From an uncultured Acidobacteriota bacterium (lineage in GTDB: Bacteria; Acidobacteriota; Terriglobia; Terriglobales; Acidobacteriaceae): a stretch of 32,000 bases of DNA. Within the stretch, counting starts at the first letter, position 1; each line of letters starts with the position of its first letter. Below are positions 15,863-23,792 of the stretch, piece by piece. The position numbers and the translations under genes are program-made. The stretch is from the NCBI GenBank assembly GCA_963722725.1, contig CAVROB010000013.1, positions 1,361,859 to 1,393,858 of the forward strand. The letters run 5' to 3'. Below the pieces are notes generated by a model that saw only the letters and a list, made by a program, of their open reading frames with translations, made no database searches and was not told the DNA's origin.

Positions 15863-16100
15863 ATCCTCAAGGGCATTAAACCACGAAGGACGCTAATATC
15901 ACACATCGGCTGGAGTCGGGGCGAGGTTGGTCTTGCCATTATTGAATTTCAACAGGCTACGTTCCCGATTCGATTCCTTCCACAACAAGTCCTTGTGCGC
16001 ATCACAGATGGCTGTGATAAACTTCGGGGCCAAACGCAGCTTCGTGTTTTTTTAGCGAGTTATGACAATGCGCACACCCCGACCTTTGGAGGTCTCGTAG

Positions 16101-16907
16101 ATGGGCCTCGCTCTGCTTGTGATTATCTGGTTGATCACCCTTGTCAGCACTTACTTTTTCGCAGCCCAAACTTGGTGGTTACCGCATGGCGCATCGACGT
16201 CCACGCCCTGGATTGACCATCAGTTCGCCTTGACATATTTGCTCATGGGAATCGTTTTCGTGGCGGCCCAGGGCGCTCTCGGCTTGTTCGTGTGGCAGTA
16301 CCGCGATCGCGGAAGCGCCACCAAGGTCACTTACTCTCATGGCAACACTAGGATGGAAGTAATTTGGACGGCTCTAACCGCCATCCTTTTTGTTGGGCTG
16401 AATCTGATGGGAAGTCCGATCTGGGCGTCGGAGCGCTTCGCGCCGGCGGACCCCGGTTCGGTTCCAGTGGAGGTGACGGGCATGCAGTTTGCCTGGTACT
16501 TCCGCTATCCAGGGGCGGATGGAAAATTTGGCCGCACAGATCCCAAGCTTATGGACCCTTCGGCCGGAAACGAAGCTGCGGTTGGTCTCGATACCACGGA
16601 CCCAGCGGCCAAGGATGACGTCGTTACCGGCACCATGTTTTTACCTGTGAATCGGCAGGTCGATCTGACCTTGCGCGCGGTCGACGTTATCCACAGCTTT
16701 TTTGTTCCACAGATGCGATTCAAACAGGATGCGGTTCCCGGACTAATCATCCATATGCACTTCACACCCACCGAGGTTGGCGAGTACGAGATCGCCTGCG
16801 CCGAGCTTTGCGGACTCGGGCATTACAAAATGCACGGCATGTTGCACGTTGTTAGCCAGGAAGATTTTGATAAGTGGCTGGCCGCACGGGAGGCGGAGAA
16901 ACAGTAA
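16101..16907 (+). CDS. coxB: cytochrome c oxidase subunit II (CuA; no fused cytochrome c domain)
   Basis: 268 aa with two N-terminal TM helices, DVIHSFFVPQ, and the CuA site CAELCGLGHYKMHG. GGAGG lies 9 nt upstream of the ATG. Confidence 0.95.
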   Translation: MGLALLVIIWLITLVSTYFFAAQTWWLPHGASTSTPWIDHQFALTYLLMGIVFVAAQGALGLFVWQYRDRGSATKVTYSHGNTRMEVIWTALTAILFVGLNLMGSPIWASERFAPADPGSVPVEVTGMQFAWYFRYPGADGKFGRTDPKLMDPSAGNEAAVGLDTTDPAAKDDVVTGTMFLPVNRQVDLTLRAVDVIHSFFVPQMRFKQDAVPGLIIHMHFTPTEVGEYEIACAELCGLGHYKMHGMLHVVSQEDFDKWLAAREAEKQ

Positions 16908-18637
16908 TGGCGACTAGCGCTACAATTCACTCGCACGCTCCTCAGGGATTTATCCGCAAGTATATTTTCAGCCTGGATCACAAGGTCATCGGGCTGCAGT
17001 ATTACTTTCTGGCACTGGTGGCAGTGTTTGTCGGCATGTTCCTGTCGATTCTGATGCGGGTTCACATGATCTGGCCGACGGCGGTTTTGCCGCTCGTAGG
17101 CGAGATCAAGCCCGAAACTTACTTGAGCCTGCTCACCATGCACGGCACGATCATGGTTTTCTTCGTGCTGACCACGGCGCCTCAAGGCGGGTTTGGAAAT
17201 TATTTCTTGCCCATCCAGATCGGTGCTCCAGATATGGCGTTTCCGGTCCTGAACATGCTTTCGTTCTGGACCACGTTCGTTGCATTTATCACGATACTGG
17301 CTGCGTTCTTTGTGACCGGAGGAGCTCCGCTGCACGGCTGGACCGGCTATGCCCCGCTGAGCGCGCTCACCAACTCCGGGCCGGGTGAACAACTGGGCGC
17401 GGATTTGTGGATTACGAGCATTGCGATTTTCTGCATCGCATCGCTGATGGGCGCGCTGAACTTCATCACCACTACGCTCGACCTGCGGGCCAAGGGCATG
17501 ACCATGATGCGCATGCCGCTGACGGTTTGGGCATGGTTTGTAACGGCGATTCTTGGTCTGCTGGCTTTCGGCGTACTGCTTTCCGCGGGCATACTGCTGC
17601 TGCTCGATCGCAATCTGGGAACCAGCTTTTACGTTCCGCTGGTTGTTGTCAACGGTCAGGTGATGGGGCATAGGGGTGGGTCACCCCTGCTGTGGCAGCA
17701 TTTATTCTGGTTCTTCGGACATCCCGAGGTCTACATCGCCATTCTGCCCGGGATGGGCGTGGCTTCGCAGTTACTTTCAACCTTCTCGCGGAAGCCAATT
17801 TTCGGTTACAAGGCAATGGTGTACGCGATTATGGCCATCGGATTTCTTGGATTCATGGTCTGGGGCCATCACATGTTCATGAGCGGCATGAGCCCCTACA
17901 CGGCTTTTGCGTTCTCGCTGATGACTATGGCGATTGGCGTTCCCTCGGCGATTAAGACGTTCAATTGGCTGGGAACGATTCATGGCGGACGCGTGCGTTT
18001 TCAGACACCGATGCTCTATGCCATCGGCTTCGTTTCTTTGTTTGTCTCCGGCGGATTGAGCGGTCCGTTTCTGGCGCAGCCCGTCCTCGATATTCCGTTG
18101 CATGACACGGCTTTCGTGGTCGGCCATTTCCATCTCATCATGGGTGTGGCTGCGATCTTTGGCATGTTCGCGGGCACTTACTATTGGTTCCCCAAAATGT
18201 TTGGCCGCATGATGAATGAAACGTGGGGCCGGATCCATTTCGTGATTACGCTGGTCGGAACGTATTGCATTTTCATGCCGATGCACTATCTGGGCATGGC
18301 GGGACAACCGCGGCGTTACTCTCAGTTCACGGAACTGGCTTATCTGCATAAGCTTATTCCGCTGAACACCTTCATTACTTATGCGGCGATCATCACCGTT
18401 TCGGCTCAATTCATCTTTGTGATTAATTTGTTCTGGAGCATGTTTAAAGGCCCAAAGGCCAGCGACAACCCGTGGGAAGCAACAACCCTGGAGTGGACCA
18501 CGGCCACGCCGCCTCCGCATGACAACTTTGGAGGGCACACGCCGGTGGTGAATCACGGGCCGTATGAGTACAGCGTGCCGGGCGCGCCGCGGGATTACAT
18601 CATGCAAACGGATCCGGCGACGGTGGCATCACATTAG
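16907..18637 (+). CDS. coxA: cytochrome c oxidase subunit I
   Basis: The ATG overlaps the coxB stop (TAATG). Motifs: HKVIGLQYY, MHGTIMVFF, WFFGHPEVYI, GHHMF and VGHFHLIM. Confidence 0.97.
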   Translation: MATSATIHSHAPQGFIRKYIFSLDHKVIGLQYYFLALVAVFVGMFLSILMRVHMIWPTAVLPLVGEIKPETYLSLLTMHGTIMVFFVLTTAPQGGFGNYFLPIQIGAPDMAFPVLNMLSFWTTFVAFITILAAFFVTGGAPLHGWTGYAPLSALTNSGPGEQLGADLWITSIAIFCIASLMGALNFITTTLDLRAKGMTMMRMPLTVWAWFVTAILGLLAFGVLLSAGILLLLDRNLGTSFYVPLVVVNGQVMGHRGGSPLLWQHLFWFFGHPEVYIAILPGMGVASQLLSTFSRKPIFGYKAMVYAIMAIGFLGFMVWGHHMFMSGMSPYTAFAFSLMTMAIGVPSAIKTFNWLGTIHGGRVRFQTPMLYAIGFVSLFVSGGLSGPFLAQPVLDIPLHDTAFVVGHFHLIMGVAAIFGMFAGTYYWFPKMFGRMMNETWGRIHFVITLVGTYCIFMPMHYLGMAGQPRRYSQFTELAYLHKLIPLNTFITYAAIITVSAQFIFVINLFWSMFKGPKASDNPWEATTLEWTTATPPPHDNFGGHTPVVNHGPYEYSVPGAPRDYIMQTDPATVASH

Positions 18638-18676
18638 GCGAGGATCGCGGGCGAGGGCGTCCGCGCTACAGGACAG

Positions 18677-19420
18677 ATGGCGACTTTGAGCTCTCCAGTT
18701 TCGATTGAGGTACCGACGACAGGTCAAGGCGGAGGAGGAACACGTCCGCCTGCTTATGGCGGTGGTGGCGATGGACGCGGCGACGGTTCTCCCGATTACG
18801 GAGCGCGGCTGCGCCGAGTTCGATTAGGACTGGCGATCGGGCTGACTTCCGTCAGCATGATTTTCGTCTCCCTTACCAGCGCATATGTCGTCCGCCGGGG
18901 CTTGCCTACGCTCGATGAACGTACCAACACTTACGTTCGTGATTGGATTCCGGTCGACCTTCCAATCGCTCTTTTGCTGGTGAACACTCTACTGTTGCTG
19001 GTAAGCAGCATCACAGCGGAACTAGCGCGACGGCAAATTACGCGGCAGGCGGCATTGGCGCCGCTCCGTTCCATCCCGGGTGTTTCTCTGGGAGAAGGCA
19101 AGGCATTTCCCTGGCTGGGCGTCACGGTCGTGCTCGGCGGCGGATTTCTGACCGGACAGTGGATGGCCTGGCGCGAGCTCGCGGATCGCGGCTTTTACCT
19201 GGCCACGAGTGCGAGCAGTTCGTTTGTTTATCTGCTTACTGCAACCCACGCCGTCCACCTCGCTGGAGGCATTTTGGTTCTGCTGTACGCGGCCGCGGTT
19301 TCCCTGCTGCACAAACCGGTTGAGGCGCGACGCATCGTGGTCGACGTTACAGCCTGGTACTGGCATTTCATGTTTCTGTTGTGGCTGTATATCTTCGGGC
19401 TGTTGTGGTTTGTCCGGTAG
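18677..19420 (+). CDS. heme-copper oxidase subunit III family protein with Gly-rich N-terminal extension
   Basis: 247 aa with ...LTATHAVHLAGGILVL...VTAWYWHFMFLLWLYIF, a Cox3-type C-terminus. The N-terminal ~45 aa are low complexity (GQGGGGTRPPAYGGGGDGRGDG). Confidence 0.8.
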   Translation: MATLSSPVSIEVPTTGQGGGGTRPPAYGGGGDGRGDGSPDYGARLRRVRLGLAIGLTSVSMIFVSLTSAYVVRRGLPTLDERTNTYVRDWIPVDLPIALLLVNTLLLLVSSITAELARRQITRQAALAPLRSIPGVSLGEGKAFPWLGVTVVLGGGFLTGQWMAWRELADRGFYLATSASSSFVYLLTATHAVHLAGGILVLLYAAAVSLLHKPVEARRIVVDVTAWYWHFMFLLWLYIFGLLWFVR

Positions 19421-19471
19421 TGGTAAGACGCGGGCGCCTGCGTCACACGAATACTTAAGGAGACATCAAAC

Positions 19472-20227
19472 ATGTCTGAAGTCGCGGTGCAACACGAGAT
19501 GGCGGAGGTTTACGAGCCGTCTCTGTTCGGCACCTACTCCAAGAAGATCGGAATGTGGCTGTTTCTGCTCTCCGACACCTTAACGTTCGGAGCACTGCTA
19601 TTCGCTTATAGCTACGGACGCATTTCGAATCCCGACTGGCCCACGCCGTTTGGCAAGGACAGCATTACCAACGCCACGATTATGACCGGTTGCCTGCTCT
19701 CCAGTTCACTGACCATGGTTCTGGCGGTGCTGGCGGCGCGGCGAGGTGACCGCAGTTGGACGCGCAACTGGATTCTCTTCACCATGTTCTTCGGCGCGGC
19801 GTTCATCGTTCTGCACGCCAAAGAGTGGACTCACCTGATCGACGAAGGCATGACACCATTCAAAAATCCATGGGCAGCCAATGTTCCGCAGTTCGGCGGA
19901 ACGTTCTTCACGCTGACCGGCATGCACATGCTGCACGTCACCATCGGCGTCATTTATCTCGGTGTGGTTTCCCTGCGCAAGGCGTTTCTGCCCATTTTGC
20001 TGGCAATCTGGGGAGTTTGCTGGTGGCTCATTCCAGCAGACAGTGTATTCCACTACGGAGTTCATGCTCTGCTGGCGGGGTTTGTCGTCGCGGCCGTGAT
20101 CCTGATCCTGAAACCAAAAGACTACGACGCGCACGATGTCGAAATCGCCGGACTGTACTGGCACTTCGTGGACTTGGTGTGGATGTTCATTTTCCCGCTG
20201 GTGTATCTGATGTCGACGCGGGTTTGA
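19472..20227 (+). CDS. cytochrome c oxidase subunit III family protein (second copy, with extra hydrophobic insert)
   Basis: 251 aa with GMWLFLLSDTLTFGALLFAY, FFTLTGMHMLHVTIGVIYL and AGLYWHFVDLVWMFIFPLVY. Confidence 0.85.
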   Translation: MSEVAVQHEMAEVYEPSLFGTYSKKIGMWLFLLSDTLTFGALLFAYSYGRISNPDWPTPFGKDSITNATIMTGCLLSSSLTMVLAVLAARRGDRSWTRNWILFTMFFGAAFIVLHAKEWTHLIDEGMTPFKNPWAANVPQFGGTFFTLTGMHMLHVTIGVIYLGVVSLRKAFLPILLAIWGVCWWLIPADSVFHYGVHALLAGFVVAAVILILKPKDYDAHDVEIAGLYWHFVDLVWMFIFPLVYLMSTRV

Positions 20228-20324
20228 GCTGGGTTGAGAAAACGAAGCAGTTGGCGTGATCCTGAGGGGCGTCGAGCCCGGAAGGATCTCGCGGGCAGTA
20301 CGAAGACTGAAGGGGAAATCGTAA

Positions 20325-20636
20325 ATGCACACCGCCGCCATAACGCACGATGAAGGCAAGGGACAATACTTCTGGGTCTGGGGCGTGCTTCTGCTGCTCA
20401 CCGCGGTCGAGGTGGTCCTCGCCTACAAGCGGGTCTTTGAGCCGCTGCACATGCTGGAAGCCCTCATGATTCTTTCCGTCATCAAGTCGGCACTGATCAT
20501 CGGCTACTTCATGCACTTGAAGTATGAGATCGCCGCCATGAAGTGGGTAATGATGACCGCCGTGACCGCGTGTCTGTGCCTGATGTGTATTTTCTTCCCC
20601 GACGCTTTTCGAATCGTGCACCTGGGAGTCCGATGA
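20325..20636 (+). CDS. prokaryotic cytochrome c oxidase subunit IV family protein
   Basis: 103 aa with three TM segments. YFWVWGVLLLLTAVEV...IIGYFMHLKYE is the typical pattern. Confidence 0.8.
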   Translation: MHTAAITHDEGKGQYFWVWGVLLLLTAVEVVLAYKRVFEPLHMLEALMILSVIKSALIIGYFMHLKYEIAAMKWVMMTAVTACLCLMCIFFPDAFRIVHLGVR

Positions 20637-20863
20637 AGCCACGCCTTGCCATCCTGGGCTTGTTGCTCGCGCTTGGCGCGGCTCCCGCCTTCGCACAGAG
20701 TTGTGCCATGTGCTACAGCACAGCGCGTGCCCTGAACAAAGAAGGTCAAAACGCGATCACTCGCGGAGTCGTGGTTCTTCTTATTCCTCCGATCGGATTC
20801 ATGACCATTGGCGTTGGTTTAGCGTTACGGTATGGTAAAAAGCGGGATGAAGAGGCGGAGTAG
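20633..20863 (+). CDS. small exported, C-terminally anchored CxxC protein, translationally coupled to subunit IV
   Basis: ATGA overlaps the subunit IV stop. The 76-aa protein has a signal peptide (MKPRLAILGLLLALGAAPAFAQS), then CAMC, then a TM segment (VVVLLIPPIGFMTIGVGLAL) and a basic/acidic tail. Confidence 0.55.
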   Translation: MKPRLAILGLLLALGAAPAFAQSCAMCYSTARALNKEGQNAITRGVVVLLIPPIGFMTIGVGLALRYGKKRDEEAE

Positions 20864-20962
20864 GACTGCATACCAAGAATCAAAGGCTCCGACAAATCAG
20901 TTAGCGATCGTGTTCACTCGTCACAGACAAAACTCCATAAAACCTCTATCTTGACATTGGAA

Positions 20963-20989
20963 CGGGAGGGCACGACTTTCAGTCGTGCC
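20963..20989 (+). repeat. REP-type hairpin, family 1, upstream of RAYT-1
   Basis: CGGGAGG-GCACGACT-ttc-AGTCGTGCC, with a perfect 9-bp stem at 20969..20989. Confidence 0.6.
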
Positions 20990-21036
20990 ACAAATCCCAA
21001 CCAAGATTCGGCTTTAGCCGCTGAGGCCGGCGAGAC

Positions 21037-21534
21037 ATGGCCAAACCGCCCAGAGACCACACATCCTTCGGTTCCTCGACTTATTTCGTGACCGCAAGCA
21101 CGTGGGCACATCGCTCTCTGTTCCAAACCGAGCGAATGGCGAAGCTGTTTGTGGACACGCTATCGGGCTATAGAAACAACGCAAAGTATTTACTGCACGA
21201 GTTTGTGGTGATGCCTGATCATTTTCATCTGCTGTTGACTCCAATCCATGGCATCACGTTGGAACGCGTAATGCAGCTTATTAAAGGCGGGTTCTCGTAT
21301 CGTGTTGGGAAAGAACTGGCACTTAAGATGGAGATATGGGAAAGAGGTTATATCGATCACCGAATTCGCGATATAACTGATTTCCGGAACCACGTCCAGT
21401 ATATTCACGAAAACCCCGTTGAGGCTGGCTTGGCTTCAGTACCCGAGGACTATCCATACTGCTCTGCTTGCCCGGGATTTGACTTGGATGCCGTTCCTGA
21501 ACTGCTAAACCCTCAAGCTTGGTCGGTGGCTTAG
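21037..21534 (+). CDS. REP-associated tyrosine transposase (RAYT; IS200/IS605 Y1 transposase-like)
   Basis: 165 aa with an HUH motif (MPDHFHLLL) and a C-terminal Tyr motif (VQYIHENPVEAGL). It is flanked by inverted REP hairpins. Confidence 0.85.
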   Translation: MAKPPRDHTSFGSSTYFVTASTWAHRSLFQTERMAKLFVDTLSGYRNNAKYLLHEFVVMPDHFHLLLTPIHGITLERVMQLIKGGFSYRVGKELALKMEIWERGYIDHRIRDITDFRNHVQYIHENPVEAGLASVPEDYPYCSACPGFDLDAVPELLNPQAWSVA

Positions 21535-21535
21535 C

Positions 21536-21560
21536 GGCACAGCTGAAGCTGTGCCCTCCC
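21536..21560 (-). repeat. REP-type hairpin, family 1, inverted copy downstream of RAYT-1
   Basis: GGCACAGCT-ga-AGCTGTGCC-CTCCC is the reverse-complement architecture of the copy at 20963..20989. It begins 2 nt after the RAYT stop. Confidence 0.6.
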
Positions 21561-21564
21561 GATC
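21549..21564. repeat. target-site duplication, left copy (CTGTGCCCTCCCGATC)
   Basis: An identical 16-mer lies at 22966..22981. The two copies directly abut the terminal inverted repeats of the IS. Confidence 0.8.
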
Positions 21565-22965
21565 TGTCAGTAGCACATGATATGTCCGGTTGAGATAGCA
21601 CATGAGATGTCCGCTTTGCGGGCGGTGAGGATGGGAGACCATGCGGAGCATGGAAACTTATCCGAGGGCCGCGATGGAGCGGGCGATGAAAGTACAGGAC
21701 GTGATGTTGCAGGCGATGGCGAAGAAGATCACGTGGTGGCAGGCGGCGGAGATTCTGGGCATCAGCGACCGGCACATGCGGCGGTGGCGGGAACGCTACG
21801 TCGAAGAGGGCTACAACGGGTTGCTGGACCGGCGGCGGGGCAAGCCGTCGCGCCGCCGGGTTCCGCTAGCCACGGTGGAAAAGGTGTTCGCGCTGTACCG
21901 GGAAAAGTATTTTGATCTGAACGTGCAGCACTTTCACGAGAAGCTGCGGGCCGAGCACGGCATCGAACTGAGTTACACCTGGGTGAAGCAGGCGCTGCAG
22001 GGAGCGGGGCTGGTGGCGCGCGGACGCAAGCGCGGGGCGCATCGCAAACGGCGCGAGCGGCGGCCCTTGCCGGGGATGCTGCTGCATATCGACGGCAGCC
22101 GCCATCAGTGGTTTCAGGATGAACGCTGGTACGACCTGATCGTAATTCTGGACGATGCTAGCAGCGAGATTTATTACGCTCAACTGGTGGAGGAGGAATC
22201 GACGGTGACGGTGATGGCGGGACTGAAAGAGGTAATCGAGCGCAAAGGCGTGTTCTGCGCAATGTACAGCGACCGGGGGAGCCATTTCTGGTTGACGCCG
22301 AAGGTGGGCGGCAAGGTGGACTATCATCGCCGCACGCAGGTGGGACGGGCGTTGCACGAGTTGGGAGTGCAGATGATTCCGGCCTACTCGCCGCAAGCGC
22401 GAGGGCGCAGCGAGCGCAACTTCGGCACTTGGCAGGGCCGCTTGCCGCAGGAGTTGCGGCTGCGCCAGTTGCGGACGCTGGGGGCGGCGAACCGATTTCT
22501 GCGGGAAGATTACATCGCCGAGTTCAACCGCCGTTTTCAGGTCGCGCCCCGGCAGCGGGGGAATGCTTTCGTGCCCTGCCGGAGTCGTGACTTGGAACGG
22601 ATATTCTCGCTGCAGTTTGAACGCAGCGTGAACCGCGACAACACGGTGAGCTTTCAGAATCTGAGCTTGCAGATCGAGCGGGTGCGCTGGCGGGCGACGT
22701 TGGCAGGTTGCCAGGTGGTGGTCCACCAACATCTGAATGGAACTTTAAGTCTCACCCACGGACCGCATTGCCTGGGTCGCTATGACGCAGATGGCCGGCC
22801 GCTGCCGGGGAAGGCTAGTACAGCGCCGAGCAGGGGAAGGGGAAATTGCCCCCTTCCCCTGCACCCCATCCCCAAAACCAACCCAACCCAATCGGCGAGG
22901 GCACAACTTTGAAACCGGACATTTCACTTGCTACAAAAACCGGACATTTTAACTTGCTACCGACA
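21565..22965 (+). mobile_element. 1401-bp insertion sequence, rve/DDE transposase, ISNCY/IS1202-like
   Basis: The ~53-bp terminal inverted repeats begin TGTCAGTAGCAC... (left) and TGTCGGTAGCAA... (right, reverse complement). Each contains two TAGCA-N7/8-ATGTCCGGTT subrepeats. There is a single transposase ORF and a 16-bp flanking direct repeat. Confidence 0.85.
21641..22912 (+). CDS. DDE (integrase-core/rve) transposase with N-terminal HTH
   Basis: 423 aa with ITWWQAAEILGISDRHMRRWRERYVEEGYNGLLDRRRGKPS (HTH). Candidate DDE residues lie in LLHIDGS, MYSDRGSHF and RGRSERNF. The stop abuts the right inverted repeat. Confidence 0.9.
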   Translation: MRSMETYPRAAMERAMKVQDVMLQAMAKKITWWQAAEILGISDRHMRRWRERYVEEGYNGLLDRRRGKPSRRRVPLATVEKVFALYREKYFDLNVQHFHEKLRAEHGIELSYTWVKQALQGAGLVARGRKRGAHRKRRERRPLPGMLLHIDGSRHQWFQDERWYDLIVILDDASSEIYYAQLVEEESTVTVMAGLKEVIERKGVFCAMYSDRGSHFWLTPKVGGKVDYHRRTQVGRALHELGVQMIPAYSPQARGRSERNFGTWQGRLPQELRLRQLRTLGAANRFLREDYIAEFNRRFQVAPRQRGNAFVPCRSRDLERIFSLQFERSVNRDNTVSFQNLSLQIERVRWRATLAGCQVVVHQHLNGTLSLTHGPHCLGRYDADGRPLPGKASTAPSRGRGNCPLPLHPIPKTNPTQSARAQL

Positions 22966-22981
22966 CTGTGCCCTCCCGATC
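22966..22981. repeat. target-site duplication, right copy
   Basis: CTGTGCCCTCCCGATC, identical to 21549..21564. Confidence 0.8.
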
Positions 22982-23058
22982 TTGACAAGAACGACGCGCT
23001 CGACGCGAGACGTAGCATTTCATTTTCAGATAGCCATTCTTCGGCGCAGCATGTGAAG

Positions 23059-23739
23059 ATGGAGAACATGCCCGCTCCGCTGAAAGCAATCTTCTTCGAT
23101 GTTGGAAATACTCTTCTCTTCCCTGACCGGCTACATATTCTCGCTCCCCTCCAGCGGCGAAATCTGAGCCCGAGTCTCGAACATTGGCACGCCATCGCGC
23201 GGAAAACCAAGAGAGAATTCGATGATATCTCGGAGCAGCACGATGGCAAGGCCGATCATAGCTTCTGGTATCTCTTTTATTCGCATTTGCTCGCGGATCT
23301 TGAAATTCAGGACGATGGCTTGCGCGACACTCTGGTGAGCGCCACCCGCGTTTCCGCGAACTGGTGCGATATCCTGCCGGGCACGCGAGAGAGCCTGCTG
23401 CGTCTGGGCCAGCGCTATCCCCTTGCCGTCATCTCCAATGCGGACGGTAAAATTGCCGATGTGCTCGAACGTTGCGGCATCGTCGATTGCTTCCGTACTA
23501 TCACCGATTCGGGATTAGTCGGATGCGAGAAGCCGCATCCAGCCATTTTCGAGACTGCACTGCGCGGCATGGACGCGGCGCCAGAGCAAAGTCTGTACGT
23601 CGGCGATATGTACTCCGTGGATTATCTGGGTGCGACCGGGGCCGGCATGCAGGCCATCTTGTTCGACGTATCTGGAGCGTATCGTGACTCCGGCCTGCCT
23701 CGAGTGGAATCGCTGGAAGAATTAGAACAGAAGGTATAA
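23059..23739 (+). CDS. HAD-superfamily hydrolase (subfamily IA-like)
   Basis: Start taken at MENMPAPLKAIFFDVGNTLL (motif I). Also VISNADG (motif II), K at EKPHPAIF, and YVGDMYSVDYLGA (motif IV). The track ORF start at 22846 lies inside the IS and is rejected. Confidence 0.85.
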   Translation: MENMPAPLKAIFFDVGNTLLFPDRLHILAPLQRRNLSPSLEHWHAIARKTKREFDDISEQHDGKADHSFWYLFYSHLLADLEIQDDGLRDTLVSATRVSANWCDILPGTRESLLRLGQRYPLAVISNADGKIADVLERCGIVDCFRTITDSGLVGCEKPHPAIFETALRGMDAAPEQSLYVGDMYSVDYLGATGAGMQAILFDVSGAYRDSGLPRVESLEELEQKV

Positions 23740-23792
23740 ATCGTCGTGCGATCTGTCATCCGTGCGCGTTCGCACGAGCGCGACGCTCGCGA

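Noticed and set aside
16823-18607. Long minus-strand ORFs (16823..17671, 282 aa; 17777..18607, 276 aa) inside the oxidase cluster
   Set aside because: They are antisense to the unmistakable coxA gene and are Arg/His/Gln-rich with no motifs. This is the typical shadow-ORF pattern in high-GC DNA.
21866-22732. 288-aa minus-strand ORF within the IS
   Set aside because: It is fully antisense to the DDE transposase ORF. It has low-complexity Pro/Arg/Leu/His composition, and no independent start or SD context was evident.
23762-23789. Two small GC hairpins (GTGCGcgttCGCAC, CGAGCGcgaCGCTCG) between the convergent HAD and bshC genes as a bidirectional terminator
   Set aside because: The stems are only 5-6 bp with no flanking U/A tracts, which is too weak to annotate as a terminator.
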